Source: Vezdaea acicularis (taxonomy: Eukaryota). From it: a stretch of DNA of 64,000 nt. Position numbers and translations under genes: made by a program. The notes beneath the pieces were generated by a model. That model made no database searches. It saw only the letters and a list, made by a program, of their open reading frames with translations, and was not told the DNA's origin. The DNA lies in assembly GCA_026025075.1 (NCBI GenBank), contig JAPEUI010000001.1, forward strand, positions 186,001 to 250,000. The letters run 5' to 3'. The number at the start of each line of letters is the position of its first letter. Within the stretch, counting starts at the first letter, position 1. Below, one piece after another: positions 49,589-62,463 of this stretch.

Positions 49589-50196
49589 GCGCATTATAAA
49601 CCGCTCTGTATAATTGATAAACACTTGTCTATGTACTATGTAAATGCTTTGGGTCGGCTTGACCATATGCATTCGGTTTGAAATTTTGATCACTGTCCAA
49701 GTAGCAAAGAAGTTTGTGACTTCCCTCAAGGCTGTTCAATGGCGAAGCATGCGCGGGCCTCATGGCGATGTTCTCACGGTCTAGGACCTCCTCCCATACT
49801 TGGCCAGCGGTGCATGGATACGTGAAAGTTTGGTTCATAGCTAGCACTTTTCTTCCTAATGAGAACGATGTTTGGGCAGCTACATATCGCAGCCTCTAGC
49901 GTCGCCGGAGGTCGGATTTTCTATTTCGCCGCCAGATCTTGGTCCGCAGCCGGACCTAGCAAATCCAAAAGTTGCCTTCAAGCGCAGACTCCACGGAAGA
50001 CAAGTTTTTCTTTTGCATCCCGACTTAGGAATCGTAGCGTTGCACGTAATGTCGATAGGGGTTGTAGCAGAGCTTTATTCCCTTTATTTCTGCTGAATGC
50101 ATTTAGATCTTCGCGCAATTCTTGTCCTTCCTTGTCAACGTCATGTAAGAGTACTCTGTATTGATCCCCTAATCAGTCGGGGAAGCTAATATCGAA

Positions 50197-53100
50197 ATGC
50201 AAAGGCCTTCTTTGGTCGATAATCCGCAAATCAAGGCATCTTCACTCCATAACCCTCTTCCACTATACCTACATACCTACATATGGCCATTCTTAATTAT
50301 CTGGCCGGCTTTTCTCGCCTTTTACTTATCTCCGGAGCGATATGAAAAGCACATCCAGTCGTCGGAATGGACTTTTGTATGGATGGGATCGATCATAACC
50401 CTCCAATCCTTGACATGGTTAAGCACACATTGGAATGTAGGGATAAGGACGTACTTCACATCAACCAAGGCCAGTAATGTGAGCAGCGCGAAGCTTATCA
50501 AAGTTATACCAGTGGCAAACGCTGGCTCGGCGGAGATCTGTCCCCTTATTCATGACAACCAAGGCGGGAAGCCGAACTTGTCGTTTCTATTTCAGAAGAG
50601 GCGCTTCCTTTATGATACCGAGACGAAGACGTTTGCGCCACTTGCTTACGCTCTGGATGCAGAACCAAAGCCTCTAATCCAGACTTTCCAAAAGTCTGAG
50701 GGCTTAGCATCAGCCACCGAAATCGAGCGCCTACAGCAACACTACGGCGATAACACATTCGATATTCCGGTGCCTACTTTTACGGAGCTATTCAAGGAAC
50801 ATGCTGTGGCGCCATTCTTCGTCTTCCAAGTCTTCTGCGTCGGTCTATGGATGTTAGATGAGTATTGGTACTACTCACTCTTCACCCTATTCATGTTAGT
50901 GGCGTTCGAAAGTACGGTAGTGTGGCAACGACAAAGGACTCTGACCGAGTTTCGGGGCATGAGCATCAAACCTTACGATATCTGGGTGCACCGGCTTGGC
51001 AAATGGGAAGAGACCCAAAGCGATAAACTGCTTCCAGGAGACCTTGTGTCAGTCGATCGAACCAAAGAAGATGGGGGTGTTGCATGCGACATGTTGCTTG
51101 TAGAAGGTAGCGCCATCGTCAATGAGGCAATGTTGTCAGGTGAGAGTACGCCATTGCTCAAGGATTCCATACAGTTGCGGCCTGGCGATTCACTTCTTGA
51201 GCCAGAGGCTCTTGACAAGAATGCATTCTTGTATGGCGGCACAAAGGTCCTTCAAGTCACTCATGGAAACCCGAGTGAAGACACTCTGGAGCAGACTACG
51301 TCGATCATCTCCGGCGTTGCGCCACCCCCTGATCAAGGGGCTATGGCCATCGTCGTCAAGACAGGATTCGAAACCAGTCAAGGAAGCCTAGTTCGAACGA
51401 TGATCTACTCAACTGAGCGTGTCTCCGCAAACAATGTCGAAGCACTTTTATTTATTCTCTTCTTGCTCATCTTTGCCATTGCCGCATCATGGTACGTATG
51501 GCAAGAAGGTGTTCAGCAGGATCGAAAACGTTCAAAGCTTCTGCTCGATTGCGTCTTGATCATCACCAGCGTTGTTCCCCCTGAACTGCCAATGGAACTG
51601 AGTCTCGCCGTTAATACTAGCTTGGCAGCTTTGAGCCGCTATGCTATCTTCTGCACCGAGCCATTCCGTATTCCTTTTGCCGGAAGAGTTGACATTGCTT
51701 GCTTTGACAAAACTGGAACACTGACTGGAGAAGATCTTGTTGTGGAGGGTGTTGCCGGCTTGTCACTTGGTCAAAGCGGATCTACGAAGAAGAAGCGGGA
51801 CAGGGAAGCAGCTTCGAGCCATCTGACCCCGGTCTTAAAATCTGGGCAGCAGACGACCCTTGTTCTAGCTACAGCTCATGCCTTAGTTAAGCTAGATGAA
51901 GGGGACATAGTTGGCGATCCCATGGAGAAGGCGACTCTCACATCTCTAGGTTGGACCTTGGGCCGCCACGATACTTTAACAAGTAAGGTCACCAGCGCGC
52001 CAGCAGGCAGGGCCTTTGCATCGGCAGCAAATGCTGTACAGATCAAACGACGATTCCAATTCTCGTCTGCCCTCAAACGACAAAGCTCTGTTGCTAGTGT
52101 CATTACAACCGACCCACATACCTCGAGAAGAAGTAAGGGAACCTTTGTCGGCGTAAAAGGTGCTCCTGAAACGATAAGAACAATGCTCGTTGATACACCA
52201 CCTGATTATGAAGAGACTTATAAGCACTTCACCAGGAGTGGTTCTCGAGTGTTAGCCTTAGGGTACAAATACTTGGCTAAGGACTCTGAGCTGGGCCAAA
52301 CCAAGATTAATAACCTTAAACGCGAGGAAGTTGAGTGTGACTTGGAGTTCGCAGGATTTCTGGTCCTACAGTGCCCATTAAAAGACGATGCGATAAAGGC
52401 AGTTCGCATGCTCAATGAAAGCAGCCATCGCACAGTCATGATTACTGGAGACAACCCCCTTACAGCAGTCCATGTAGCTCGTCAAGTAGAAATTGTCGAT
52501 CGGGAGGTCCTCATCCTCGACGCCCCAGAACACGATACTTCCGGTGAGAAGCTCGTCTGGCGGAGCATAGATGACAAAGTCAATATTCCCGTCGACCCTA
52601 GCCATCCGTTAGATCCTGAAATTTTGGAGACGAAGGATATCTGTGTTACTGGATATGCATTAGCGAAATACAAAGATCAAAAAGCTCTCCCATCACTTCT
52701 GCAGCATACATGGGTCTACGCAAGAGTTTCCCCAAAGCAAAAAGAAGACATCTTGACAGGTTTGAAAGACGCGGGTTATACCACCCTTATGTGTGGAGAC
52801 GGGACAAACGACGTTGGCGCACTGAAGCAAGCTCATATTGGCGTGGCACTCCTGAATGGGTCACAAGACGATCTGAACCGAATCGCAGAGCATTATAGGA
52901 CTACGAAAATGAAGGAAATCTACGAGAAGCAGATCTCCATGATGAAGCGGTTCAATCAGCCAACTCCTCCTGTACCGGTCCAAATAGCCCATCTGTATCC
53001 TCCTGGGCCTGTAAATCCTCATTACGAGAAAGCAATGCTTAGGGAAGCAGAAAAGAAGGGCGCAGCAGGTGCAGTCGCCGCAAATGCTGACAGTAAAGAT

Positions 53101-54257
53101 AAACCAAATGGAATTACCACCATAACCTCACCCGGCGCACAAGCTTTACAGAACTCCCATCTCACTCCAGAGCAGTTGAAGCAACAGCAGGCAGCCAATG
53201 CTGCTGCTGGCTTGGCTGACAAGCTCACTGCTTCGATGATGGAGAATGAGATTGACGAGAACGAACCCCCTACCATCAAGCTTGGGGACGCGTCAGTAGC
53301 AGCACCTTTTACAAGTAAACTTGCGAATGTCATCGCCATTCCAAATATCATCCGTCAGGGCCGATGTACTCTAGTTGCAACTATCCAGATGTACAAGATC
53401 CTTGCCCTGAATTGTCTCATTAGCGCGTATAGTCTTAGTGTTCTGTATCTTGAAGGGATCAAATTTGGAGATGGACAGGTAACTATTAGTGGGATGCTCA
53501 TGAGCGTGTGCTTTCTTTCAATTTCAAGAGCTAAGGTAAGTTACCCCTGCACAATTCTGATGGCTAAACTCTAATACGAAGTAGCCTGTCGAACAGCTCT
53601 CGAAAGAGCGTCCTCAGCCAAATATTTTCAATTTCTACATAATTGGCTCTGTCCTTGGCCAATTCGCCATTCATATAATTACCCTCATATATATCTCTAA
53701 TTACGTCCAGCAAGTCGATCCGTAAGTCGGCTTTTATCCAATCTCCTGTTATTAGCTGACCTTGTATCAGAAGAAAAGACAATGTCGACCTCGACGGCGA
53801 CTTCGAGCCCTCCCTTCTAAACAGCGCCGTCTACCTACTCCAGCTCATTCAGCAAGTCTCCACCTTTGCCATTAATTATCAAGGGCGACCCTTTAGGGAA
53901 TCTATTCGCGAGAACCGCGGCATGTTCTGGGGAATCATACTAGTAACCGCCGTCGCCTTCTCCTGCTCAACCGAGTTCATCCCTGAGATCAACGAGAAGA
54001 TGCGCCTTGTCCCATTCAGCAGTGGGTTCAAATTCGTCATGACGACGGTCATGATCCTTGACTACATTGGATGTTGGGCGATCGAAAAAGTGCTGAAGAA
54101 TGCGTTCAGCGATTTCAGGCCGAAGGATATTGCGATGAGGAGACCGGATCAGCTCGCGAGGGAGCAGAAGAGGATAGCGGAGGAGAAACTTGCAGAGGAG
54201 CTGGAGGCTGAGGAGGCGAGGGAGAGAGTTGTAGAGAGGGCGGAGAAGGGTCGGTGA
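50197..54257 (+). CDS. SPF1: ER P5A-type ATPase (transmembrane helix dislocase), 3 exons
   Basis: SGES, PPELP, DKTGT, KGAPE, TGDN, GDGTND and YQGRPFRE. Introns approx. 53535-53584 and 53722-53770. Confidence 0.97.
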
Positions 54258-54441
54258 AGCAATGTCCTTACTTAGTTTTGGTTTTTTATTCGCTCGGTAT
54301 ATAGCATAGCTCAGGTCAATTTAGATTTGTAGTCAATTGTAACTCCATGAGGAGCTTCATAGCCAACGCCAAAGCCAGCGCCTACGCCAAGATCTCATGC
54401 CATCTGCACACCTAGCCTAAGCAATGTAGATCTAGTGTTAA

Positions 54442-55354
54442 TCAAGCCTTATCAGTGGCAGCATGCTTTCCAGTCAAGGGTCCATTGTGTGCAGATTCTC
54501 CTGTAGATTCGATTTGCTCCCACTCGTCTCCATCTGCGTGTGGCTCTTCTGTCGGTCGGTATGGGAGCTTAGTACTCGGCTTCCAAACTGATTTAGCATC
54601 CTTCTCCGCGGCTTTCTCAGCACTTTCGCCTTTGGAAGATCCAGCAAGATCCTCTTCTGTTGGCGGGAAGAAATATCTATAGATGGTCAGCAATCCCCTT
54701 AAACACTAAGAGAAGAGCAAGATCGACTTACGGCACCAGCTTATTATAAGCATCCTGGTCTTTCTTCTCGAAGGAACAGAACACCACACTCTCCAGCCCA
54801 GCCCCTTGCTCACTGCTCAAGAACTCCCTTACCGTTCCTAGTGCGACTATAGCAGCTTCCTCACTTGGGTACCCGTACACGCCGGTGCTCAGTGCAGAGA
54901 AGGCGATGCTTTTGCACCCGTAGCAGACCGCAAGGTCCAAACTGCGTTTGTAGCAGCTCGCCAACAGTTCTGTATGTTTCCCTTCCTTTTTGGTGCTCCA
55001 GTATATGGGACCGACGGCATGGATGACTTTGTCGCACGGCAACTCGTAAGCACCTGTGATTTGGGCGCTACCGGTGGGACACCCATGGAAAGTGCGGCAT
55101 TCGGCGAGGAGCTGAGGGCCAGCAGCGCGGTGGATGGCTCCGTCGACGCCGCCACCACCGAGGAGGGATTCGTTGGCCGCATTCACGATGCAGGCAACAG
55201 CAAGCCTCGTTATGTCGTTGCGGATGAGTTTGATCTTGTTGTTGAGAGACTGACTCGGTGGGTAAGGTGAGTTTGAGGATGGGTTTGGGATGAGATGCTT
55301 GAGGTAATATAGGACGGGCACAGATGCGATTTCGCGCAGTGTGATTGTTGACAT
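54442..55354 (-). CDS. Macrodomain protein (MacroD/YmdB-type ADP-ribose glycohydrolase), 2 exons
   Basis: DITRLAVACIVNAANESLLGGGGVDGAIHRAAG, VIHAVGP and STGVYGYP; intron approx. 54731-54680 leads to RYFFPPTEED. An in-frame upstream ATG at 55663 is possible. Confidence 0.92.
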
Positions 55355-55891
55355 TCTCGGGTTAGGTGGTATGAGGAATCGAACAACTCGTTCACGTACT
55401 CGTGGTAAGATCTCAGTTGGCTGGGATTGGTCCCAGAACGGAGTTGGTGGTGCCTGGAGGCCTCCAAGAGCGGGAGTTTGTATTAGGGAAGGGTTGGTGC
55501 CGTGAGTAGAAGTAGTTGTTGCGCCCTGGTTCAGGTTGACTGCGGTTCCTGGTTGCTGTTCGGGGTTGACAGGAGCAATACATGAGAGCTCTTGATTCTG
55601 GTGGGGCGAGGTGGGGGGACCCGGGTGGGTAGGACCCCGGCTGTGCACGCGATGCTCGTCCATGCCCGGGTAAAGTTGGAGGATTCTGGAATACCAAGCA
55701 TGTTGAAGGAGTAAAGGTCATATCGAAATGCCAGGTCATATAGGCAAATACAACTGAAAGCATTTGTGTTGTGTTACAGAGCCAGCACAGCTTCTCACAA
55801 TATACTGGGCAATATGGCAGCTGACAGGCTCTTATTCTCGAACACTTCAGCCCTGGCCTGGATGGAAGGCAATTCTACACCGCAAAACATA

Positions 55892-56496
55892 TTACAACCA
55901 CTCTTCATCCCATTGATCTAATTCCGGTTTCCTCTTTCGGACCCTGTCGCCGCTATCCCAATTCTTCCAATCAAGTCTCCTTGCTCTAATCATAGGCAGT
56001 ATGATTCGCGTGACCTTCCCAATTATCAGGTTGGCCGATATCTGCGATGACGTCAAATTTGAGGTCACTGGAACTCTGAATGATAGGGGCTTACAGGTCC
56101 ATAGGTATTGCTATCCAAAGAGGATCCTTCCAAACCCTCAACCCAGACGTGCCCTTTAGGAATGTCTACTTCCTCAAATTCGTAGGGTTTTCGTGTCCTT
56201 ACCCGGTCTCCCTCGAGCCCAATGATTCGCTTCACAGCCCATTGATCAGGATTTTTGGTCGGACTCCTGAACACGACGATCATACCTCTCTCTAAGTTAA
56301 AGGCTGGCAGACGCTTGTTGAGCCATACTACATCTCTTGATCCTGTGTAGTGGTAGGTTGGGTTCAGGGCTGGTGACATAGAGCTGCCTGCGATGTGCAT
56401 TGTCTCTCCCACATGATCTTTGAATAGAATGATGACCGGAAGAAGAGTGACAAGCTGGAAGGTAGAACGCAGTAGAAGCCGAGCGCCGTATGCCAT
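55892..56496 (-). CDS. IMP2: Mitochondrial inner membrane peptidase catalytic subunit (Imp2-like), 2 exons
   Basis: S26 peptidase motifs GSSMSPALNP, VKRIIGLEGD, GHVWVEG and SLDSNTYGP|ISANLIIGKV. Intron approx. 56094-56042; stop at 55894-55892. IMP1 is not fully excluded. Confidence 0.85.
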
Positions 56497-56726
56497 TAAG
56501 TATGGGATTAGAATCAGAATCCGCCCCCATCGAATCGTGAAAAGACCTTAGCGAGTTCGAATTGTTAGCTATGGTTAGTGGATGCTCTTTCCGGGGCTAA
56601 AATAAAGCTTATTTTCTGCCAGGCGGTGAGTGCGGGCAATATCAACGCACACTCTCGTGAGTCAGTGTTATTATACAATCATACGAACACATCCTACGAG
56701 GGACACCTAACAGTACATTTATAGTC

Positions 56727-58676
56727 ATGGAGGGAGAAACTACGTTGCCCGAGCGTCCCAAGCCAAAAGAAGCAAAACCCAAGAAGGAGCCAAAAGCACC
56801 AAAAGTGCCAAAGGCTCCCAAAGAACCTAAGTCAACCCCAATGAAAAAAGCACCAGCTCCAAAACAGCCCGCTGCTCCTGCAGACCCGAATTCAATGTTC
56901 AAAGAAGGATTCCTTGGCGCAGTATACAAAGAAAAGCCATCAGAGACAATTGTTACGCGATTCCCTCCTGAGCCCAATGGCTACCTGCATATTGGCCATA
57001 GCAAAGCCATCGCCATCAACTTTGGGTTTGCAAGGCACCACAATGGAATATGCTACCTAAGATATGACGACACAAACCCGGAAGCGGAAGACGAGAAATA
57101 CTTTACAGCCATCAAGGATATAGTGGAATGGTTAGGCTTTAAACCATATGCAATCACATACTCAAGCGACCATTTCGATAAGTTGTACGAGTTGGCGGAA
57201 GACTTGATATCTAAAGGTGGTGCCTACGTTTGCCATTGTACAGGTAAGTATTCTGTCACAACTTTAGCAGGAGCTATGATTGACAATGTTAGATACCGAA
57301 GTCAAGCTCCAACGAGGCGGAGAGGATCACGGCCCTCGATATGCTTGCCCGCACAGAGATCGACCAATTGATGAGTCCTTGACTGAGTTCCGAGGTATGC
57401 GAGATGGCAAATACAAGCCTCGAGAAGCTTTTCTACGAATGAAGCAGAACTTGGAAGATGGCAATCCCCAGATGTGGGATCTCACAGCATATCGGATCCT
57501 AGATGCTCCCCATCATCGATCAGGAGATAAATGGAAAATATATCCGACCTACGACTTCACGCACTGTCTTTGCGATAGCTTTGAAAATATATCACATTCC
57601 TTATGCACGACCGAGTTCATTCTATCAAGGGTTTCATATGAGTGGCTATGTGACAAGCTCGAGATCTATAAGCCTATGCAGAGAGAGTGAGTTGGCTTCA
57701 AATATCGTGATCACTCCTGCTAACCATATATAGATATGGTCGCTTGAATGTTACAGGAACTGTTCTGTCCAAGCGAAAAATCGCCAAGCTAGTCTCCGAG
57801 AAGATCGTCCGAGGGTGGGATGACCCTCGACTCTACACTCTAATAGCCCTCCGCCGACGAGGCGTACCTCCTGGTGCCATTCTCTCCTTCGTAAATGAAC
57901 TTGGCGTTACCACAAACACAACGAATATTCAAATTGTCCGTTTCGAGCAATCTGTCCGCGTCTTCCTGGAGAATACCGTCCCACGTCTCATGCTCGTACT
58001 CGACCCCATTCCAGTCTATATCGATCTTCCAGACGACCACTACGAAGAGCTAGACCTCGACTTCTCCCCCAAACACCCTGCTTTTGGTTCGCACAAAATT
58101 CCCTTTACCAACAAGATCTACATCGACCGTTCCGACTTCCGCGAGGAGGATAGTAAGGACTTCTTCCGGCTTGCGCCCAACAAAAGCGTCGGCCTTCAGA
58201 AAGTCCCATTTCCCATCACCGCCACACGCTTCGAGAAAGAGGGCGACAAAGTGACAGCCATCTACGCTAGCTACGACAAGCCTGCTGAAGGCGAAATTTT
58301 CAAGAAGCCTAAATCATGGATTCAATGGGTAGCCGATTGCCCTACTGCCCATTCACCCGTCAGAGCCGAAGTGCGCGTCTTCAAGCCTCTATTCAAATCC
58401 GAGAATCCAGATGCAGCCAAGGGTGGTTTCTTGACAGATGTAAATCCTGATAGCGAGGAAATCTATCCGAACGCCGTGATAGAGACGGGCTTCGAAGAGG
58501 TCAGACGTAGGGCGCCGTGGCCGGCGGAGGAGGGCGAGAAGGATGGTGGTGGGCCGGAGACAGTCAGATTTCAGGGGTTGAGGACAGGTTATTATGCTAT
58601 GGATTCAGATACTAGGGAGGAGAGGTTGGTGCTGAATACTATTGTGAGTTTGAAGGCGGATGCGGGGAAGGCTTAG
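56727..58676 (+). CDS. GLN4: Glutaminyl-tRNA synthetase, 3 exons
   Basis: [35 protein letters not shown] and GWDDPRL. Confidence 0.96.
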
Positions 58677-59400
58677 GGTGGATCGTATACGTTAGTGGTG
58701 ATTCTGGAGTTGGGTATGCGATCGCGTGGGTCTGGTCTTGGTCTTTATCAGGTTGGTCACAATAGATAGGAAGGCGTTCACACCAACGTATACGTGACCA
58801 CTTGCGTTTTACGTGAGGCACAGGATAATGGTGCAATAAGAACATTCACAGGATAAAATTGGCATTTCTGGATGAACTTCCATCTTGCAGGTTTACCTAG
58901 TGGACGGAATGGATACCTCGCAGTAATTCCTGGGGTGAGATATTTTTCAGTGGATAACTCATGAAGGAATGGGTCGTCTTGCATTATTACTCGGGAATGA
59001 TCTTCTCGCAGGCTTTCCCGATGGTCAGCCTCCGTAGTGGATTCTTACAATGAGACTCGTGACGAGTCCTTGGTCTTTGGGAAGAACAGGAAAAGGAAGG
59101 AAAGTAGATTGGCAGCAGCCTTCCAGGTCTTTACTGGCGCAATATATTTGTTGATATGATGACATTTCTTCAACTACGCCTAGGTACACTGCCAAGTATG
59201 CCCAGGGTGACATAGTCATTCAGTTGAACAGCAATGCCGTTCAATTTATCGTGGAGGTACTATTCCTGAGTTGAATTTATGTTCATTTCCCACACATATA
59301 CTATACAGGCTTATGATGCAAGACGTCTATCCGCGTCGTCTAGACTCCATGGAAATGCTCTGCTCTAAACGCCGACACATGCAAATGCAGACCTTTACCT

Positions 59401-60693
59401 CTATATGATTGAGTTCCCCTCGCTCGCTCCTGAGACCAGCGGGTGTTCCTCTAGCTGCCGTAAGAGCGCCTGATAGAGCACCAACATGGTCCCACTCTGT
59501 ATGCTTGTCCAGACAAATCTTGGACCTACCCCTCTAAACCACCCCGCAATGCCCTCGGTTTTGTAGATTAGCTTGAGACCCGTCAAGACGGATGACGTAT
59601 CTAGATTTAGTTGCCCAGCTTTGGGCGTCGCTGTCGATGGTGAAGATGTCGATATAGTGCGTTTCTGATGAGGGATGGCAGGTTGGCCCCTCTTTACTGG
59701 TCTGGCTGTGGCAGCATAGGAGCTATCGCTTGTATTTACTTGCGTTTGTATCCTTGTCTTGACGACGTCTAAGGGACAGGTGATAACACCCGCTAGACCA
59801 CCAGCAGCCCCGCCGGTCAGGAGTTCCAGGGGTAATCCGATGTGTCGCGACCCGCAAGATTCTTTCGCCCACGTCTGACCTTGTTCATAGAAAGCAAATT
59901 GGAGTGCTGAGAATGGAAGATCTCTAAAGATTGTAGCTTTGTATCCATAGAAGAGGGCAGAGAAGCCTTCTACTCGTACGATGGTACGTAGTGCGTCTAA
60001 TGTAGAGCGGTAATTGTAGCCCGAAGAGAAGAAAGGGTTGTTGTGTCTGCCCTGAAGCTGCAATCGGGTCTTGAGGACTTCAGACGGAACGTAGACGAAT
60101 GACGCTGCGAAATCGGCGAGGAATCCCCCCATTAGATATGCGAGCTGTGGCTTTACACCAGCATCAATCAGGTTCCGTTTGCTGTACTCATAGGTGCCGA
60201 AGAATATAATGGTGCCAGGGAAGGAACCGAGGAAGGCAGGGACTACACCTCCGTATAACCCTCTTCGGATGCCCTCCTGTCGAAAAATTGTTGCATATGA
60301 CGACGACATGGATGTGTATTTAGGAGGGTAATGTGGATCGCCCTGTTGTCTCGTCTTGACAGTATCCAATGAATGCATGAGTAAGTCGCCCGTTGTTCCA
60401 CCGATGCCTCCTGCTAGCATTGACTATTCACAAATGTGAGCATACTTGTTCGCATCAGGAGCCACTGCCAAAAGTATGCTTACATGGATATATGGGGGCC
60501 TCTTAGTCTCCGTGTCTTGTGTCTCCGCCATCGCAAATGCAGAACAGCTTTTTCCCCTATCAGCGATCCCACCGACAATCGATGAGCCTGTAGCACCCTC
60601 ATCATCGAAGTCCGTACTTCTATCCGCGTCGACAAGGATTGCGCCAGATGCACCAGTCGAGAAGTAGTTTGAAATGCGAGAGGTCAGGGACAT
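59401..60693 (-). CDS. Mitochondrial carrier family protein (Mme1/YMR166C-like), 2 exons
   Basis: Three carrier repeats: HSLDTVKTRQQ, PSEVLKTRLQ and PLDVVKTRIQ; also FRDLPFSALQFAFYE. Intron approx. 60484-60424. Confidence 0.9.
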
Positions 60694-61007
60694 TGCCCTC
60701 CCTCAGATGCTGCAGGGCAATCTGTTCTGAGAACTATCAGAATTCGGAGTCCAGAATCCAGAGAGCTCTGGGCAGCTATCTAGGGAATAAGCGTTGGGGC
60801 GAATTATCTACGAAATTGTCAACGCACGTCGGACGTCGGAGCTTCATTCCTTCGCGAAAGCAAGCGACGCAAAGTTACGCGGAACCGAGAAACACCGCTC
60901 GCATCCAGGATTAGCTAGAAAACTACAAAATACCGGCTATCTATTCGAACCACTTTGCTCCGTTATTCTCTGGATCCAGAAAGTTGTTTAGCTATGCAAA
61001 ATGAATG

Positions 61008-61030
61008 ACGTGATCTGCTTAGATCACGTG
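61008..61030. promoter_or_regulatory. Perfect 9-bp inverted repeat carrying two ATCACGT sites in a divergent promoter
   Basis: acgtgatct-gctt-agatcacgt(g). Confidence 0.5.
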
Positions 61031-61311
61031 CGGTGAACGCGACTGGCCCATCCCAAGTGAGTTTAGTGCAGCTTCCCAGCCTCAGCCGACGAGAGGGTGG
61101 CGGCGCTCCAATTCAAAACAAAAACACTCGGAGCATCTTGGGTGCCCCAACCCCCCTCCATCGCATCCTATACATCATCCCGCGTACCTCTACTCCCAGC
61201 CTCTTGATTTACACTATATTTTGTGCCCGTGCCGTTGTCCCTCTTCCCCATCAAGTTCTCTCATTGCGATCACTATCATAATCAAAACCGCATTACATCA
61301 ATCAAATCATT

Positions 61312-62463
61312 ATGTCGGGCCTACCGTCATGGTTGACGAAGCAGCGCAAGACTGAGCTCGTTGGGCTAGCTGAGCTACTCCACTTGAAAGGGTAAGCATA
61401 CTCAAATTATGCGCCGTAACGCGTACCTACTTGCGCAATTGCTAACGCAGCTTCCCGTAGCTACGAAGACCTCAAGAAAAGTGATCTCGAACTTGCGATC
61501 GATAAACACTTGCGCGCCCATGAGAAGGACTTTGCGAAAGATCCGCGCTTCGCACCGTATTTCAATCGCACTTCCTCTCCAGTGAAGAAAGAGGCTACTA
61601 CAGCTGCTCTCATCGCATCAGAAGCTGAGGGAAAGCCGTCCAAGCCGCGAGGAAGACGAGTTACTAAGGTTGCCGATGAGATAGGCCACACGTATGTCAT
61701 AGACGCGCTTTCCCAGATACACATGGTCGCAAGTACTAACATAACACCCTACAGAGACGAATCCTCTCCAGATGATACCAGGCGCACGGCATTGGCGACT
61801 CGCACACCGCGATCCATTCTAGCGTCAGCATCTAATGTGCCTCTCCCACCGTCTCCGTCCGTAATTGCCGATGCTGTCGACCGTCGCACTGCGGCTTTGC
61901 GGCGCAAGGCGGTGAAGAGCTGGAAGAAGTCTGGCGTTACCGACAGGGCCGAGGGACTGCGAGATATACTCAGTTCCGTAGTAAGCGTCGAAACAGTGAT
62001 TCTTTTGATCGAGGCCTTTGGTCTACGCACGGAAGTCCTGCCATCGCGCTACGCTTTCACAATACCCGGTATTGCCGCTTTAAGGACTCCCGATTGGCCT
62101 GTGTTCATTCCAGATTTGTTCCTCCTCTTGACAAGCACTTTTTGGGCTCCCTTCACCCTATGGCTATCCACAAGCCTCTTCGTTCCGTTGCTCTTCTCGT
62201 ACTTCTTCAACTTGACTATCAAGACAAAGGGAGCAATTCGCTCGCATAGCGCTGCTTATAAGTTTGACCCTCTCACCTTCAACCTCACGAAGGCTTTGCT
62301 CGCATACCTCGTCTATTATCAAGGGGTCAAGTTTGGAGGACTTCTCGGATACAACAGCGTGTACAAGGTTGAAGGTTCTATCCCAGGCGGCGCTGACGGC
62401 CTTCTCATCGGCTCGGCCATAGGAGCCATCATTAGTGTCTACGAGGCGGTACTTAAAAAGTAA
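61312..62463 (+). CDS. Conserved fungal membrane protein, probably Gtt3-like (N-terminal helical HeH-like segment, C-terminal TMs), 3 exons
   Basis: WLTKQRKTELVGLAE..|YEDLKKSDLELAIDKHL, PLPPSP, PDLFLLLT..FWAPFTLW, LFSYFFNL and FDPLTFNLTKAL. Introns 61392-61460 and 61692-61754. Family name is from recall. Confidence 0.75.

Noticed and set aside
47862..55354. Macrodomain near a lipoyl-domain gene, suggesting a SirTM/Zn-macro lipoylation system
   Set aside because: No sirtuin, no GcvH-L or lipoate ligase, and no Zn-binding Cys/His insertion; it is an ordinary MacroD-type domain and LAT1 is the housekeeping E2.
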